From assembly GCA_002269645.1 (NCBI GenBank), contig NIVC01001520.1, forward strand, positions 210,884 through 274,883: DNA of 64,000 nucleotides, given 5' to 3'. Position numbers and translations under genes: made by a program. Source of the DNA: Macrostomum lignano. Its lineage: Eukaryota. Numbering within the stretch: position 1 is the first letter of the stretch; the number at the start of each line of letters is the position of its first letter. Below, in pieces: positions 10,891 through 24,175 of this stretch. The notes beneath the pieces are model-generated. The model was not told the DNA's origin and did no database searches. It saw nothing but the letters and a program-made list of their open reading frames with translations.

Positions 10891-11859
10891 ATGACTGCCC
10901 AGCTGGTTCGTCTAACTTGGCTGATTGCAGTGGCGACCATTGCCGCCTGTGCCATTCTCTGCAGGGAAGCATCGGGGACAACAATGCCGGCAGCGTCGCC
11001 AAACTTGCATGACTGGGAGGAGCAGGCAGGCGTTGATACGGAGCTCGACTTTAATAAGCGCGGCTTTATCAACAAGCGCAGCTTTATCAACAAGCGCGGC
11101 TTCATCAACAAGCGCGGCTTCATCAACAAGCGCGGCTTTATTAACAAGCGCGGCTTTATCAACAAGCGCGGCTTCATCAACAAGCGCGGCTTCATCAACA
11201 AGCGCGGCTTCATCAACAAGCGCGGCTTTATTAACAAGCGCGGCTTTATCAACAAGCGCGGCTTCATCAACAAGCGCGGCTTTATCAACAAGCGCGGCTT
11301 TATCAACAAGCGCGGCTTCATCAACAAGCGCGGCTTCATCAACAAGCGCGGCTTCATCAACAAGCGCGGCTTCATCAACAAGCGCGGCTTTATTAACAAG
11401 CGCGGCTTTATTAACAAGCGCGGCTTCATCAACAAGCGCGGCTTCATCAACAAGCGCGGCTTTATTAACAAGCGCGGCTTTATCAACAAGCGCGGCTTCA
11501 TCAACAAGCGCGGCTTTATTAACAAGCGCGGCTTTATCAACAAGCGCGGCTTCATCAACAAGCGCGGCTTCATCAACAAGCGCGGCTTTATCAACAAGCG
11601 CGGCTTCATCAACAAGCGCGGCTTTATTAACAAGCGCGGCTTTATCAACAAGCGCGGCTTCATCAACAAGCGCGGCTTCATCAACAAGCGCGGCTTCATC
11701 AACAAGCGCGGCTTTATCAACAAGCGCGACTACTTTAAAAAGCGAGGATTTTTTGATAAGCGGCAGGACGATCTGCTTTTCCCGATGAAGGTGCGAATGT
11801 GCGTCGCCTACGGCCTGTTCTGCGATCGCATCCACGTCTGGCCGTTCCAGCAGGGATAA
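10891..11859 (+). CDS. Neuropeptide precursor, achatin-like tetrapeptides (36x GFIN, SFIN, DYFK, GFFD), 322 aa
   Basis: Signal peptide, acidic spacer, then 37 hexapeptide units ending in KR (11062-11727), DYFKKR, GFFDKR and a two-Cys tail. The 18-nt units differ almost only at synonymous sites (ttt/ttc, atc/att). AATAAA at 12252 and 12263. Confidence 0.9.
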   Translation: MTAQLVRLTWLIAVATIAACAILCREASGTTMPAASPNLHDWEEQAGVDTELDFNKRGFINKRSFINKRGFINKRGFINKRGFINKRGFINKRGFINKRGFINKRGFINKRGFINKRGFINKRGFINKRGFINKRGFINKRGFINKRGFINKRGFINKRGFINKRGFINKRGFINKRGFINKRGFINKRGFINKRGFINKRGFINKRGFINKRGFINKRGFINKRGFINKRGFINKRGFINKRGFINKRGFINKRGFINKRGFINKRGFINKRGFINKRDYFKKRGFFDKRQDDLLFPMKVRMCVAYGLFCDRIHVWPFQQG

Positions 11860-12723
11860 ATAGGCAATCCTGCGTCTGTCCTAGAGATCGAATCCCCCAC
11901 TTCTATCGCTCTCCGAAAAATACAGCGACCTTTGTTAAACAAAAACTGTGAACTGAAGGCTGAAGCGTTACCGATGAAATTCTTTCAATTTGAGCTGCTG
12001 TTTGACGATATTAACAGTGAAAAAAGTTATTTATCTACCTAAATCCAGTGACTATTTTACTGACTATAGTTGATGAAGATAATAATTAAGCTGGTGCGAT
12101 CCTAGAATTCCTGGAATTTTCATGTCTACTGACCAGTTTAGTCGGGATGAAGCTGTAAAATCAAACTTGGCTTTCTATAACCAATTCAGAGCTATGAGTG
12201 TTGGCAACACCAGCGCTAGCTGTTGTCTGGGAAATTTGCTATGAAGTAATTAATAAAAGAAGAATAAAGTTAAATATACCTTTCTGATATCGGACACGTT
12301 ACAGTTTCGTCAATTTTATTGTTAAAAAAGTGCACTTTTTCTGCCAACATTTTGTTTATTTGAAAATAGGCGGCTTATTAAAAATATTCCCAAAGATTAT
12401 GACTCAAATTAGTGTCACAGGCATCAGTTTCTCATATTTCTATAGCTAGCAGGGGCGGATAATTATTTGTTTAACTTTTGCAAACGATTTTCAATCCGAA
12501 GTTTGCGAATTTCTGAAAAACAGGGTTTGAGTCATTTTTAAAAAAAGTTTTCCTTACAACCTGGCTATTAGAGTTCGGTTTAGGTAGATATTGCGCTTTG
12601 CAACTGAAACTGGGACTTCAGGCTGCTTTTATAATAATTATGGTTTCGATCGTCTGAAAATTTGTTAATCTCCCAAATTCTCCCAAATAAATTCTCCCAA
12701 GAAATCTGAACAAGTCTTTAATT

Positions 12724-12930
12724 CAGGGGTCGGCAAACCTTTTTAACGTAAGGACCAGAAATAAAATCTAGCACGTGAGACAGGAGAGATGAGGGGAGGG
12801 GAGTGAGGAGGAGAGGAGAAAAAGAAGAGACACAAACCTTAAGCGGGGGGGGCGGATTGCTATTGTGAAGTTTCAGAGGACCCGCGTGTCGAATAGAGAG
12901 GCTTCGCGGGCTGGATTTTGAGGACCCCTG
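12724..12930 (-). mobile_element. Second copy of the 469-740 hAT MITE family, opposite orientation
   Basis: CAGGGGTCGGCAAAC...GAGGACCCCTG ends. The interior is the reverse complement of the 469-740 interior (cttcacaatagcaat..aaggtttgt.tctcttc). Imperfect TA-centred TSD ctttaatt/ccttaact. Confidence 0.8.
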
Positions 12931-13149
12931 CCTTAACTGCAAATGATAAACAAATAATTAAGAGCGACTGCTACCATCGTAGGGTGCGAAGCGACAAAAA
13001 ACAAACAGTAAAATTGTTGTGAAAAATTGTGAGAAGCGACGCGGAAGTTACAAAATAACTGGAAAGTATCAAAATGAAAATAGATTTCTGTAAAAAAGAT
13101 AAGCATCAGTCGGAACTTTCGAACAAAAAACGCTGGATCAACCTTCACT

Positions 13150-16100
13150 TCAGGCGGCAGAGTCGATGGCCTCACGCAGCTGGCGAGGAGAGCCCGGATC
13201 CACTGCCTCGGCACCAAGCCGGTCCGCGCTCGCTTCTTCCGCTTCTGCCCTGGCTTCGGCCTCGGCCGCCAGCCTGGCTAAGTACTGAGGCGTCTCGTTG
13301 CGCTCAGTCTCAAGCAGATCGCCGACCTGGGATTACGGGTGACTAATCTGTGTAATCACAGAGAATTTTTTTTTAAATGAACTTGAATCGATCTGTCCTC
13401 ACCCTGTAGTCATGCGTTCGTCTGCCTCGAGTTTTCAGCTTTGTTGGCGTGGGCCTGTCTAGCTGATCAATGTATTCCAGCACGCTCAGGTTGTTCTGGT
13501 GAATTTAGGCATTGATAGAAATGCTTTTCAAGTAAATATTCCACAATTTTTCGAGGTTTGTGAAGCATATGCAGCCAACTAACACTGAATGTCGTTGAAG
13601 GAAAATTTTATGCGATTATTATTCCAATAGGATTTGGATAATAATAAAATCTGCCGCAGCTATTCAGCTATCCTGGGCTGTTCAGTCCAAGGCCTGGGGG
13701 GGGGGGGTTCAGTCCAAGGCCTGGGGGGGGGGGTTCAGTCCAAGGCTGGCACCCATTTTACAACTGAGTGGACTGAAGCAATGCAGAGTTAAGTGTCTTT
13801 CTTGCTCAAGGACACAAACTGTTCCGAGTTTGGTCGAGAATCTAACCCCCGACCTTCAATTCGTGAGTCCGACGCTCTGACCACCAGGCTACAAGCCCCT
13901 AACTGGATAGCACACCTTCTATGATGGATCTAAATTACTATATTTTGAATCTAAAATTATTTCCCATTCTACTACTTACAGCATCTTTTGCTGACATGTC
14001 GACGCTGTTGGAAGTTGAGATCACAGATAGAGTGGCGCGCTGATCGCGGATGCAGACAGCGTAGTGCACAGGCGTCCTCAGCAGGTTGTCGCCTTTGTAG
14101 ATCATCTGAGGGAACTGCTCGCAGATGGCCGCCACCATGTCGTGGTTCTCCATTAGCACGGCCATGTGGAGAAGATTCCTGCCACGCCTGTCAACGCCGA
14201 GAGGCACGCGTTTCTCATTGGCGAACTTGACGAAGCCCTTGCGATCGTCGTTGATGACGGCCGTATGGATTAGCTCGATTTCCTCGTGGTACTTGGGCTC
14301 CTCATCCAGCAGCTCAAGCAGCTCTTTGTAGTACCGCAGCGTGGCCAACTCTTTTGCGGTCTTGTTTCGCGACGTGCCTCGAATGTCGTTGATGTGATTG
14401 TAGCCGTCGATGATCAGCTGCTCGATGGCGTCGATGTCGCCCACGTAGGACAGATTCAGGACGAAGTCATCGATGATCTGGCCGAGACGGGAGCCTCCAA
14501 CGACGCCTCCCTTGGTGCAGTAGTCGCGAGGCGTCCAACCGCGCATGTCCCGAGCGGCCACGTTGGCACCGCGGGAGAGCAGCTGCTCAACCACGCGGCA
14601 CTTCGCAGCCGGATTATCGTCCTTCATCACGGCCGCGTGCAGAATGGTCCGGCCAAGCTCGTCGCGCAGTCGGACGTCCACGTGAGCCGCGATCGCTTCA
14701 GTGACGTCGCTAGCGATGTCGTCTCTGAATGCCCAGAAGGCGACGGGTCCGCACGGCGCGCACTCCTCGTACTGGACGTCAAGCCGGGCGCCGAACTGCA
14801 GCAGGAAACTGGCAATCTTGGCAGAGCCGTACTCCATCACGCTAGCTATGAGCGGGCGGGGCACGAATTCGGCTCGCCAGTCGTCCGTGAAGCCAGCAAA
14901 GTAATAGCTGGAATAGTGACGACAGGGGCCTTTCAAAGAACTTTACACCACATGTTGTGTTCTTGAGTGTTACAAGAGTAAATCATGCTTTGAGAATTAT
15001 AAGCGCATAACTTATTGAGCTTATACCATTATATGAGTAGATGCGACCCCCTTGACTGCCATTGCAAGTAGTAGATGCAACCTACCGGTAGCAGGCGTTG
15101 ACCTTCTTTTCTCCCGCGCCCATAGCAATGTGGTGCTTCATTCGATCCAGGTCGCCGGCAATGGACGCGGCCGCGAATTCGCAGCCGTGCAGGCTGTCCT
15201 CCAGATGCTGCTGGATGGCTTCGTCGCCAATGTCGCGCGCCAGTTCGGCCAGGCTGCGCCCGTTCTTGGAGACGTTGACGCGGCACAGGCAGCCAAGCCA
15301 GTGGCGCACCCGCTCCAAGTCGCCGTCTTCAACTGCCACGTGCAGACCCGGCAGCAGGCGTCGGGTGTGTCGGCGCTGGCGTACCAGGTCGCCCCGGGTG
15401 GCGTAGGTGTTCTGCATGATCACGTGACCGCTGTTGGAGCGCACCGAAGCGTCCACGCCCAGGCAGATAAGATGGTCGAGTAGGATGCGGTCCGGCGGCT
15501 GACTGTAGGCTGCCAGAAGAACCGTCTCGCCTTTGTTGTTGCGAGCGTGAACATCGACACCTTCGAGAGCGGTCTTGTACATCAGGCGGATGAGTAGGCG
15601 CTTCAGCTGTAGCTCTTCCGTTGCCAGGTAGCTAGGAACAATTAGGGAATGGAGCAACAAGCATAGAACTTAGCTGGCTTGAATCGAAAATAGCTAGCTT
15701 GTAAAAATATGACTCACTGCTGCACCAAGAAGTACAAATAGGTGCCGCCAGTCTCAGGATCCGTGCAGTCAAGATCCACCCGGTGATTGTGCAACTGCTG
15801 CCAGGCGTCCTCCAGACTGTCGGCCGACATTTCTTCCACCAGGGCCACAAATTTGGCGGATCGAAAGGCATTCTTGCTGCTCTCCAGTTGCTCTGCGTCG
15901 GTATGAAGCACAAAGCAGATAAATTATATTTCTGATGAAGATACTTAACATCAACAGATTCCCTTTTATTTCTGTTGCCTTTGAACTTCAGAACTCACCG
16001 AAGTATTCTTCCTCGCCTATCGCACCGGCCGCTTTGAGCAGCTGATAGACTTTGTCAGCCTCGGCTATGCCAGACAGGGTCTTCACCTCGGCCAGCAGAG

Positions 16101-18696
16101 GCTTCGGCACCTTCTGCGACGTATCCTTAGTGCGCAGATTCGGCTTGTCTGGCGAAGCGGGACGGTTAAAATTTGTTCGAACTTTGCAGTGAGCTGCCAT
16201 CCCCTTAACAACCCGTAAATCCTGTAATATTTGTTTTCCTTTGGGAGCGCCTAGAGATTGTAGTGGCTGTTCCTCTTTGAGAACAACTAGACCTGCAGTG
16301 GCTGTTCCTCTTTGAGAACAGCTAGACCCTACCCTGCAGTGGCTGTTCCTCTTTGAGAACAACTAGACCCCACCCTGCAGTGGCTGTCCCTTTTTTCAGA
16401 ACTCTGGACTAAAGTACTGCTTGAACTCATGAGCTGTATAGCTAATTGAAATAGGGTATTTAAATCATAAACCTGAATGCAACGCCCTGTATCCAGGTTG
16501 CTACAACGAGCGCCCCATCTCACCGGACTTCAGAGCCAGCATCTGCTTCACCCGCTTGACGTCGCAGGCGAGCGCAGCGCAGACCAGCTCATTAGTGCTG
16601 GTGTACTTTTTCAACAGCTCAACAATCTCGTAGTTTCCCGTCTCGAAAGCCAAATCCATCAGGGTCTTGCGTCGTCGTCGACACTCGGTTCGAACCCAGG
16701 ACGTCAGGTAGCGAATCATTAACTCTTTGTCCTCTCGAGCAACTATTGATTGTTTATTTTACAAGCATGCGAGTGATAGATAGAAGCTGTAATTGATGTC
16801 CTAAGTAAAGTAAATTACTAGCTTGAAATGCACCTCTGTCCGATATGAAAGTACATGTTTCTACAGATAAAACTACCCGTATAATTTAGGTAGATAAGTT
16901 AAAACCGATTTTGAGACTAGAAGATCTTTTTGAGAGCATTCAAACAAAATTAAGTCAAATAAAGCTATATTTATAGCATTCAAAAATGCAGAACACAGGT
17001 TTTTTCTGTAATTAATGAGCCTGTAATCCTGAGCCTGAAAATGCGAGAATTCGATCACGTGACAGAAACCCGAAAGGAAAAACTGTGCGCGCTCGCGACC
17101 GTGAGTGGTGTGACTGCCAGATTCGAAAAGCTGCGTGCATGATTAGCATATATAATGAGCAACCTTCCTTTCAGTGGGGCATGCGGTTCGGCGACAGACA
17201 GTGTGTGAGCACAGAAACAAAAAGACAGAAATGAAAAAAACAAACAATACAATGAAATAGAGTCAAACAAACGTCAGTCGAAGAGTTCAATATAAATTTT
17301 CCCGTGATCAGTTTTGCAAATCAACAATAAATTACACCATTTTTACCTGCATACCAGATGCCGTCGCAGACTTGAATAAAAGTTTTTTAGGATTAATTTC
17401 AGTGTTTTGGACTTATAAAATACATGTTTAAATGTGCTGTTTGAATTTAAAGTCGTTATTCTGCTCCTGATCAATATTAAAATTTGATTTTTATAGGAAT
17501 TCACTTATTTATTGCGGAATAATGATGCGGCTCGATCAGCGTCTCTTCCGATGACATCACTCACCTGCGCTCCACAGGCTGCACTTTGCACCTTTCTGAC
17601 CTCGCACCAGCCAGGCCTTGTGCTGAGCGTTGTCGTGGATGACCCGCGAGTTCATCTCGTTCGTGATGCCCGGGTCGATGCCTGATTGGTTGGAGGTTTT
17701 TCGGATGCACTCTTTCAGCTTTTGACTTCGCGCGTATTTAATTGACTTTTGAAAACGTTACGAGTAGCTAACGGACTTGTACGGACTGCATTGATGCCGC
17801 GTAATGGATTCATACAGACTTAAACGTGTACTCAGATGAGTACCACCGATTCCAATATTTACTTTTATATATCCCACAGGCTCTACCAGACTTCACGAGT
17901 GTCTAACAGACTCTTAGACTTTGCCTATATCTAACAGACTCTTACAGACTTTACCTATATCTAACAGACTCTTACAGACTTTACCTATATCTAACAGACT
18001 CTTACAGATTTTACCTATATCTAACAGACTCTTACAGACTTTACCTATACCTAACAGACTCTTACAGACTTTACCTATATCTAACAGACTCTTACAGACT
18101 TTACCTATATCTAACAGACTCTTACAGATTTTACCTATATCTAACAGACTCTTACAGACTTTACCTATACCTAACAGACTCTTACAGACTTTACCTATAT
18201 ATAACAGACTCTTACAGACTTTACCTATATATAACAGACTCTTACAGACTTTACCTAAACCTGACATCCTTTTACAGACATGAAAACAGGCATATTAAGC
18301 AGTAAAGCAGTCAGAACCAATCGTTCAAAGAGATAGATAAGAAAACTGCAATAACTGGCGCGCACCCAGTCGGATCAGGTGTTGCACCAGCCGGTCGCCC
18401 AGCGGCCTGAAGCAGGCGGTGTGCAGCGCCGTGTTGCCCACTCGATTCTGCGCGTTCACGTCGCAGCCACGAAGTGCCAGCTTGTACAGCAGCGGCACCG
18501 CCGGCCGGACGTCGCCGCCGCACCTGCCGGCCAGAGCCTTTAGATTTAGCACCACCAAGTGCAGGTAGCTGTTCTGCTGATCGGTGGATCGACGCCGAAC
18601 CTCGGTGAGCTCGAGCTCGTCAAGCAGGCTGAGGGCTCGCGCGTAGTTCGCCCGGCTGGGATTGCAGATGAGGCGGTAGAGCTCTGTGTCCTCCAT
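13150..18696 (-). CDS. Multi-exon ankyrin-repeat protein with an internally duplicated module
   Basis: Hand-built exons 18696-18366, 17681-17565, 17370-17347, 16742-16524, 16193-15999, 15892-15718, 15631-15086, 14907-13980, 13495-13403 and 13326-13150. All junctions are GT-AG and phase-compatible. Ankyrin motifs DVNAQNRVGNTALH, DVHARNNKGETVL, DELGRTILHAAV, DRRGRNLLHMAV, DNLLRTPVHYA. The start may lie further upstream. Confidence 0.8.
13655..13898 (-). mobile_element. tRNA-derived SINE family A (CORE-like central domain), copy 1
   Basis: Reverse complement shows A box tggtcagagcg, B-box-like gggggttagattc and tgtgtccttgagcaag..acacttaac...gtaaaatggg. Homologous to the copies at 41883 and 60737. 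Confidence 0.85.
16280..16390. repeat. Short intronic tandem repeat (cctgcagtggctgttcctctttgagaacaactagac)
   Basis: About four degenerate copies in an ankyrin-gene intron. Confidence 0.8.
17904..18258. repeat. 30-nt minisatellite (ctaacagactcttacagactttacctatat)n, intronic
   Basis: Direct tandem array. It explains the 10-aa-repeat ORFs on both strands. Confidence 0.95.
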
Positions 18697-19248
18697 GGTA
18701 CACGACAGGCTCGAGAGCGTCTTGTCTGTGTCGTCTGTCTGCCCGTCTCTCCCTCTCTCTCTCGCCCTGTGTTTTGTGAGCCTTGGAAAGGTGTGGGGAG
18801 GCCCTTGGCAACCAAAATTGCTTAAAGATTTGCTCAAAAGAAGAGTACGAGATAGCGGGCTGGTGGTGGGGGTGGGCTGGACTGGCTTGTGCTCACGGCG
18901 ACTGGGAGAGAGGGTTGAGCTGGGAAGGAGGAGAAGGCTGAGGCACTCCTGATGTTGCACTGAAATTTCTTCCTTGCTTGTGCATCTCTGCTTTGTTAAA
19001 AAATGCTCATCTGCCCCCCTGCCTCCCCTGTCTCTCTGCCTGCTCTGCAGCTTGGCTTTTGAAAATGTGTAGAAATTTCACTATTGCTGCAGGGAGGGTG
19101 GCTGAGTACTGTGGGTAGTGGGGGAGGGGATAGATATAGGCGTCAATATCGTACAGGTGGGCCGGTGGAGTGCGGGGGGGGTCTGCTGCGAGTACCCGAC
19201 AACCACTGCTATGGTTTTTATCAGAAATGAAAGGAGGGAGAGAACTGC

Positions 19249-19285
<37 letters not shown>

Positions 19286-19804
19286 TGTTGCAAGGGGCGT
19301 GCGAGAGGAAGACAACGAGCTAACGAGAAATGAACAAAGCGAGACTACAATTATTGTACTACTACGATTCGATTAAAACTACGCTCAATATTGGCGACCA
19401 ATAAAATTAGCTGAAGATATCCGAAGCTTCTACTAAAAGTAGTTGATTTCTTGAGAAACGCAAATTTCAGTTATAATAATTTCTGTTCTCCTCTGTATGT
19501 AAAATGTTGAATAATATGACTTCGTATTACATAACTTTGCATGGTAATATTTGTTAAAAGTGAACCATTTTTATCTCGAATTCGAACTGGAACTGCGTCG
19601 ATTCTTGATAATTTTTCACCTGCTATCTGGCTGTCAATCACCCCGTGAGGCGTCTGCAGATTTCGAGGTCAAAAGCATTTTCGGGTTCAGTTTTTGTAGC
19701 TGAGCTTGTTCTGTTATTCACGTTTGGGGAAGACGATAACAGAAGATTGAAAGAATCAGCTGGAGCCCACTGAACCGTGAGACTTCTGAGCTAGACAGAA
19801 AGCA

Positions 19805-20110
19805 CTGACAGACACTGACAGACACTGGCAGACACTGGCAGACACTGACAGACACTGACAGACACTAGCAGACACTGACAGACACTGACAGACACTGACA
19901 GACACTGACAGACACTGGCAGACACTGACAGACACTGACAGACACTGACAGACACTGACAGACACTGATAGACACTGACAGATAATGACAGACACTGACA
20001 GACACTGACAGACACTGATAGACACTGACAGACACTGATAGACACTGACAGACACTGACAGACACTGTAATCAAATGACAGACGACACTGACAGACAGAC
20101 ACTGACACAA
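19805..20110. repeat. 10-nt minisatellite (gacactgaca)n
   Basis: Direct tandem array. Confidence 0.95.
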
Positions 20111-20117
20111 TGACAAA

Positions 20118-21180
20118 CTAGATGAGGTTAGATGAGGTTAGATGGGGCTAGATGGGTCTAGATGGGGCTAGATGGGGCTAGATGGGTCTAGATGGGGCTA
20201 GATGGGGCTAAATGGGGATAGATGGGGCTAGATGGGGTTAGATGGGGCTAGATGAGGCTAGATGGGGCTAGATAGTGATAAATAGGGTTGATGGGACTAG
20301 ATAGGGATAAATGGGGCTAGATGGAGATAGATGGGGCTAGATGGTGCTAGATGAGGCTAGATGGGGCTAGATGAGGCTAGATGGTGATAAATGGGGTTGA
20401 TGGGGCTAGATGGGGTTAGATGGTGCTAAATGGGGATAAATGGGGCTAGATGGAGATAGATGGGGCTAGATGGTGCTAGATGAGGCTAGATGGGGCTAGA
20501 TGAGGCTAGATGGTGATAAATGGGGTTGATGGGGCTAGATGGGGCTCGATGGTGATAAATGGGGTGGATGGGGCTAAATGGGGCTAGATTGTGATAAATG
20601 GGGTTGATGGGGCTAAATGGGGTTAGATGGTGCTAAATGGGGATAAATGGGGCTAGATGGAGATAGATGGGGCTAGATGGTGCTAGATGAGGCTAGATGG
20701 GGCTAGATGAGGCTAGATGGTGATAAATGGGGTTGATGGGGCTAAATGGGGCTAGATGGTGATAAATGGGGTTGATGGGGCTAGATGGGGCTAGATGGTG
20801 ATAAATGGGGTGGATGGGGCTAAATGGGGCTAGATTGTGATAAATGGGGTTGATGGGGCTAGATGGTGATAAATGAGGTTGATGGGGCTAGATGGGGCTA
20901 GATGGTGATAAATGGGGTGGATGGGGCTAAATGGGGCTAGATGGTGATAAATGGGGTTGATGGGGCTAGATGGGGCTAGATGGTGATAAATGGGGTTGAT
21001 GGGGCTAGATGGGGCTAGATGGTGATAAATGGGGTTGATGGGGCTAGATGGGGCTAGATGGTGATAAATGGGGTTGATGGGGCTAGATGGGGCTAGATGG
21101 TGATAAATGGGGTTGATGGGGCTAGATGGGGCTAGATGGTGATAAATGGGGTTGATGGGGCTAGATGGGGTTAGATGATC
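20118..21180. repeat. 10-nt-based minisatellite (agatggggct)n with higher-order units
   Basis: Direct array that shifts 3' into a regular higher-order unit (gatggggctagatggggctagatggtgataaatggggtt). Confidence 0.95.
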
Positions 21181-22100
21181 GAGGCTGAAAAAATCAATTA
21201 AGCAATAAAACAGACAATTTATGTAAAATATTAATAGATGATCATTTTCTCTGTGTTTCCAATAAAGACCTATAGAAGTATTTTTCGTGAGAAGCTAATT
21301 TGTAAACAGTTTCTTAGAAACGAAATGTTTCGTCCTTCTGCTACTCCAAGTCGTCCCTTCGTTAATAATTGAGCTCCAATGCAAGAACACTTCTTTCACA
21401 CTTGTTAACCTAGACGGCAGCGGCTCCTGATCTCATTACAACATGCTAGGTGGTGCTCAAGGCATCTATTCAGATTGCTCCAGCTATCTAATCTAGAAAC
21501 CTTATTTGTCCATGAAGTTGCCGCTAGCGTGTGCAGCTTGTGAGAAATCTGCTTTGCTGCTCAGGACTCTGCCTCTATCGGGCAGAATCAACTCGAGTAC
21601 ATGCGCAGGGCCTGAAACAGCAGGAAAGAAGAGGTAAAAAGCGCTCTGATAAATCAAACCGATTTCACAAGAGCCGGAAACTCTGAGAAGCAACAGAGAA
21701 TAATAGCGCTTCTGTTTTGATATCGGCACTGAGAAAGAACTCAAGAAGTACAAAGAAAAACTATCAGGAAAATTGCAGTAGGCAAGATTTCCATTGCTTC
21801 ACACAAGTGCACACAATTCTCCAGTGTCACCTTTGGCCTCTAAAGCAGAGTTCTGCCCCCCCCCACCGGGGTGGCGGTCATTCAGGTTACTGAAGTCTTA
21901 TCGAGTTCCCCACAGCAGTTTATCAGCACCCCGTGTGAGCTGAGTAGCTGGCCGCTCAGTCCTCACCCACACGCCGTGCCCTCGGTAAAACCCGCAGCGC
22001 CACAGGCTGTTTGCACAAGCTGAGACCCGCCGCCTGCTCTGCTCCCGCTTGCCTTGTCTTCACTTCTGTCAAAGTCAAGTGTTGAGAAGCCCCGAAAGAC

Positions 22101-22487
22101 ATGCGGCTGATCCCGTTGCTAAGCCTGTCGCTAATCCTTGCAATCGGAGGCGCTTGGGCCAGCTGGCCAGCCAATCACATCAACAGCCTGTCCGACATCC
22201 GCTGCCGCCAATGGTGCACCTTCCGGTTTCACTCGGGCTCGCGTCGCGTGTTTGTCGGTCCCGACGCCGAGCTGCGGCCGTTTCTTGTCAGCAACTATGT
22301 CAAGCGAATGCAGGACAGGCATCGGGCCGAGCTGACCGCCGAGATGCGCGACAACATGCGCCGGTTCCGCGAGTACTACTCGAGCCAGCGGGCGGGTGGC
22401 ACGGTCCGCGAGTCCGGTGACAGCACCCTGGGCTGGTTCAACCTGTACCACGATTACCTGCACTGTCTGCGGGACTGCTTCGACTGA
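22101..22487 (+). CDS. Orphan secreted protein, 128 aa, twin CX3C motifs
   Basis: Signal peptide MRLIPLLSLSLILAIGGAWA. Its only cysteines are CRQWC (35-39) and CLRDC (122-126). GC-rich codon usage like the other genes, single exon. Confidence 0.75.
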   Translation: MRLIPLLSLSLILAIGGAWASWPANHINSLSDIRCRQWCTFRFHSGSRRVFVGPDAELRPFLVSNYVKRMQDRHRAELTAEMRDNMRRFREYYSSQRAGGTVRESGDSTLGWFNLYHDYLHCLRDCFD

Positions 22488-22554
22488 GCGGTGTGGCTGC
22501 GCACCCTATCCTGCTGGGGACCGGCAGCAAGGCAGAGAAAATCTCAAATGCAAC

Positions 22555-24175
<1,621 letters not shown>

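Noticed and set aside
10731-11835. Overlapping repeat ORFs (MKPRLL, DEAALV, STSAAS)
   Set aside because: Alternative frames of the 18-nt array. Only the GFINKR frame has a signal peptide, cleavage sites and purely synonymous variation.
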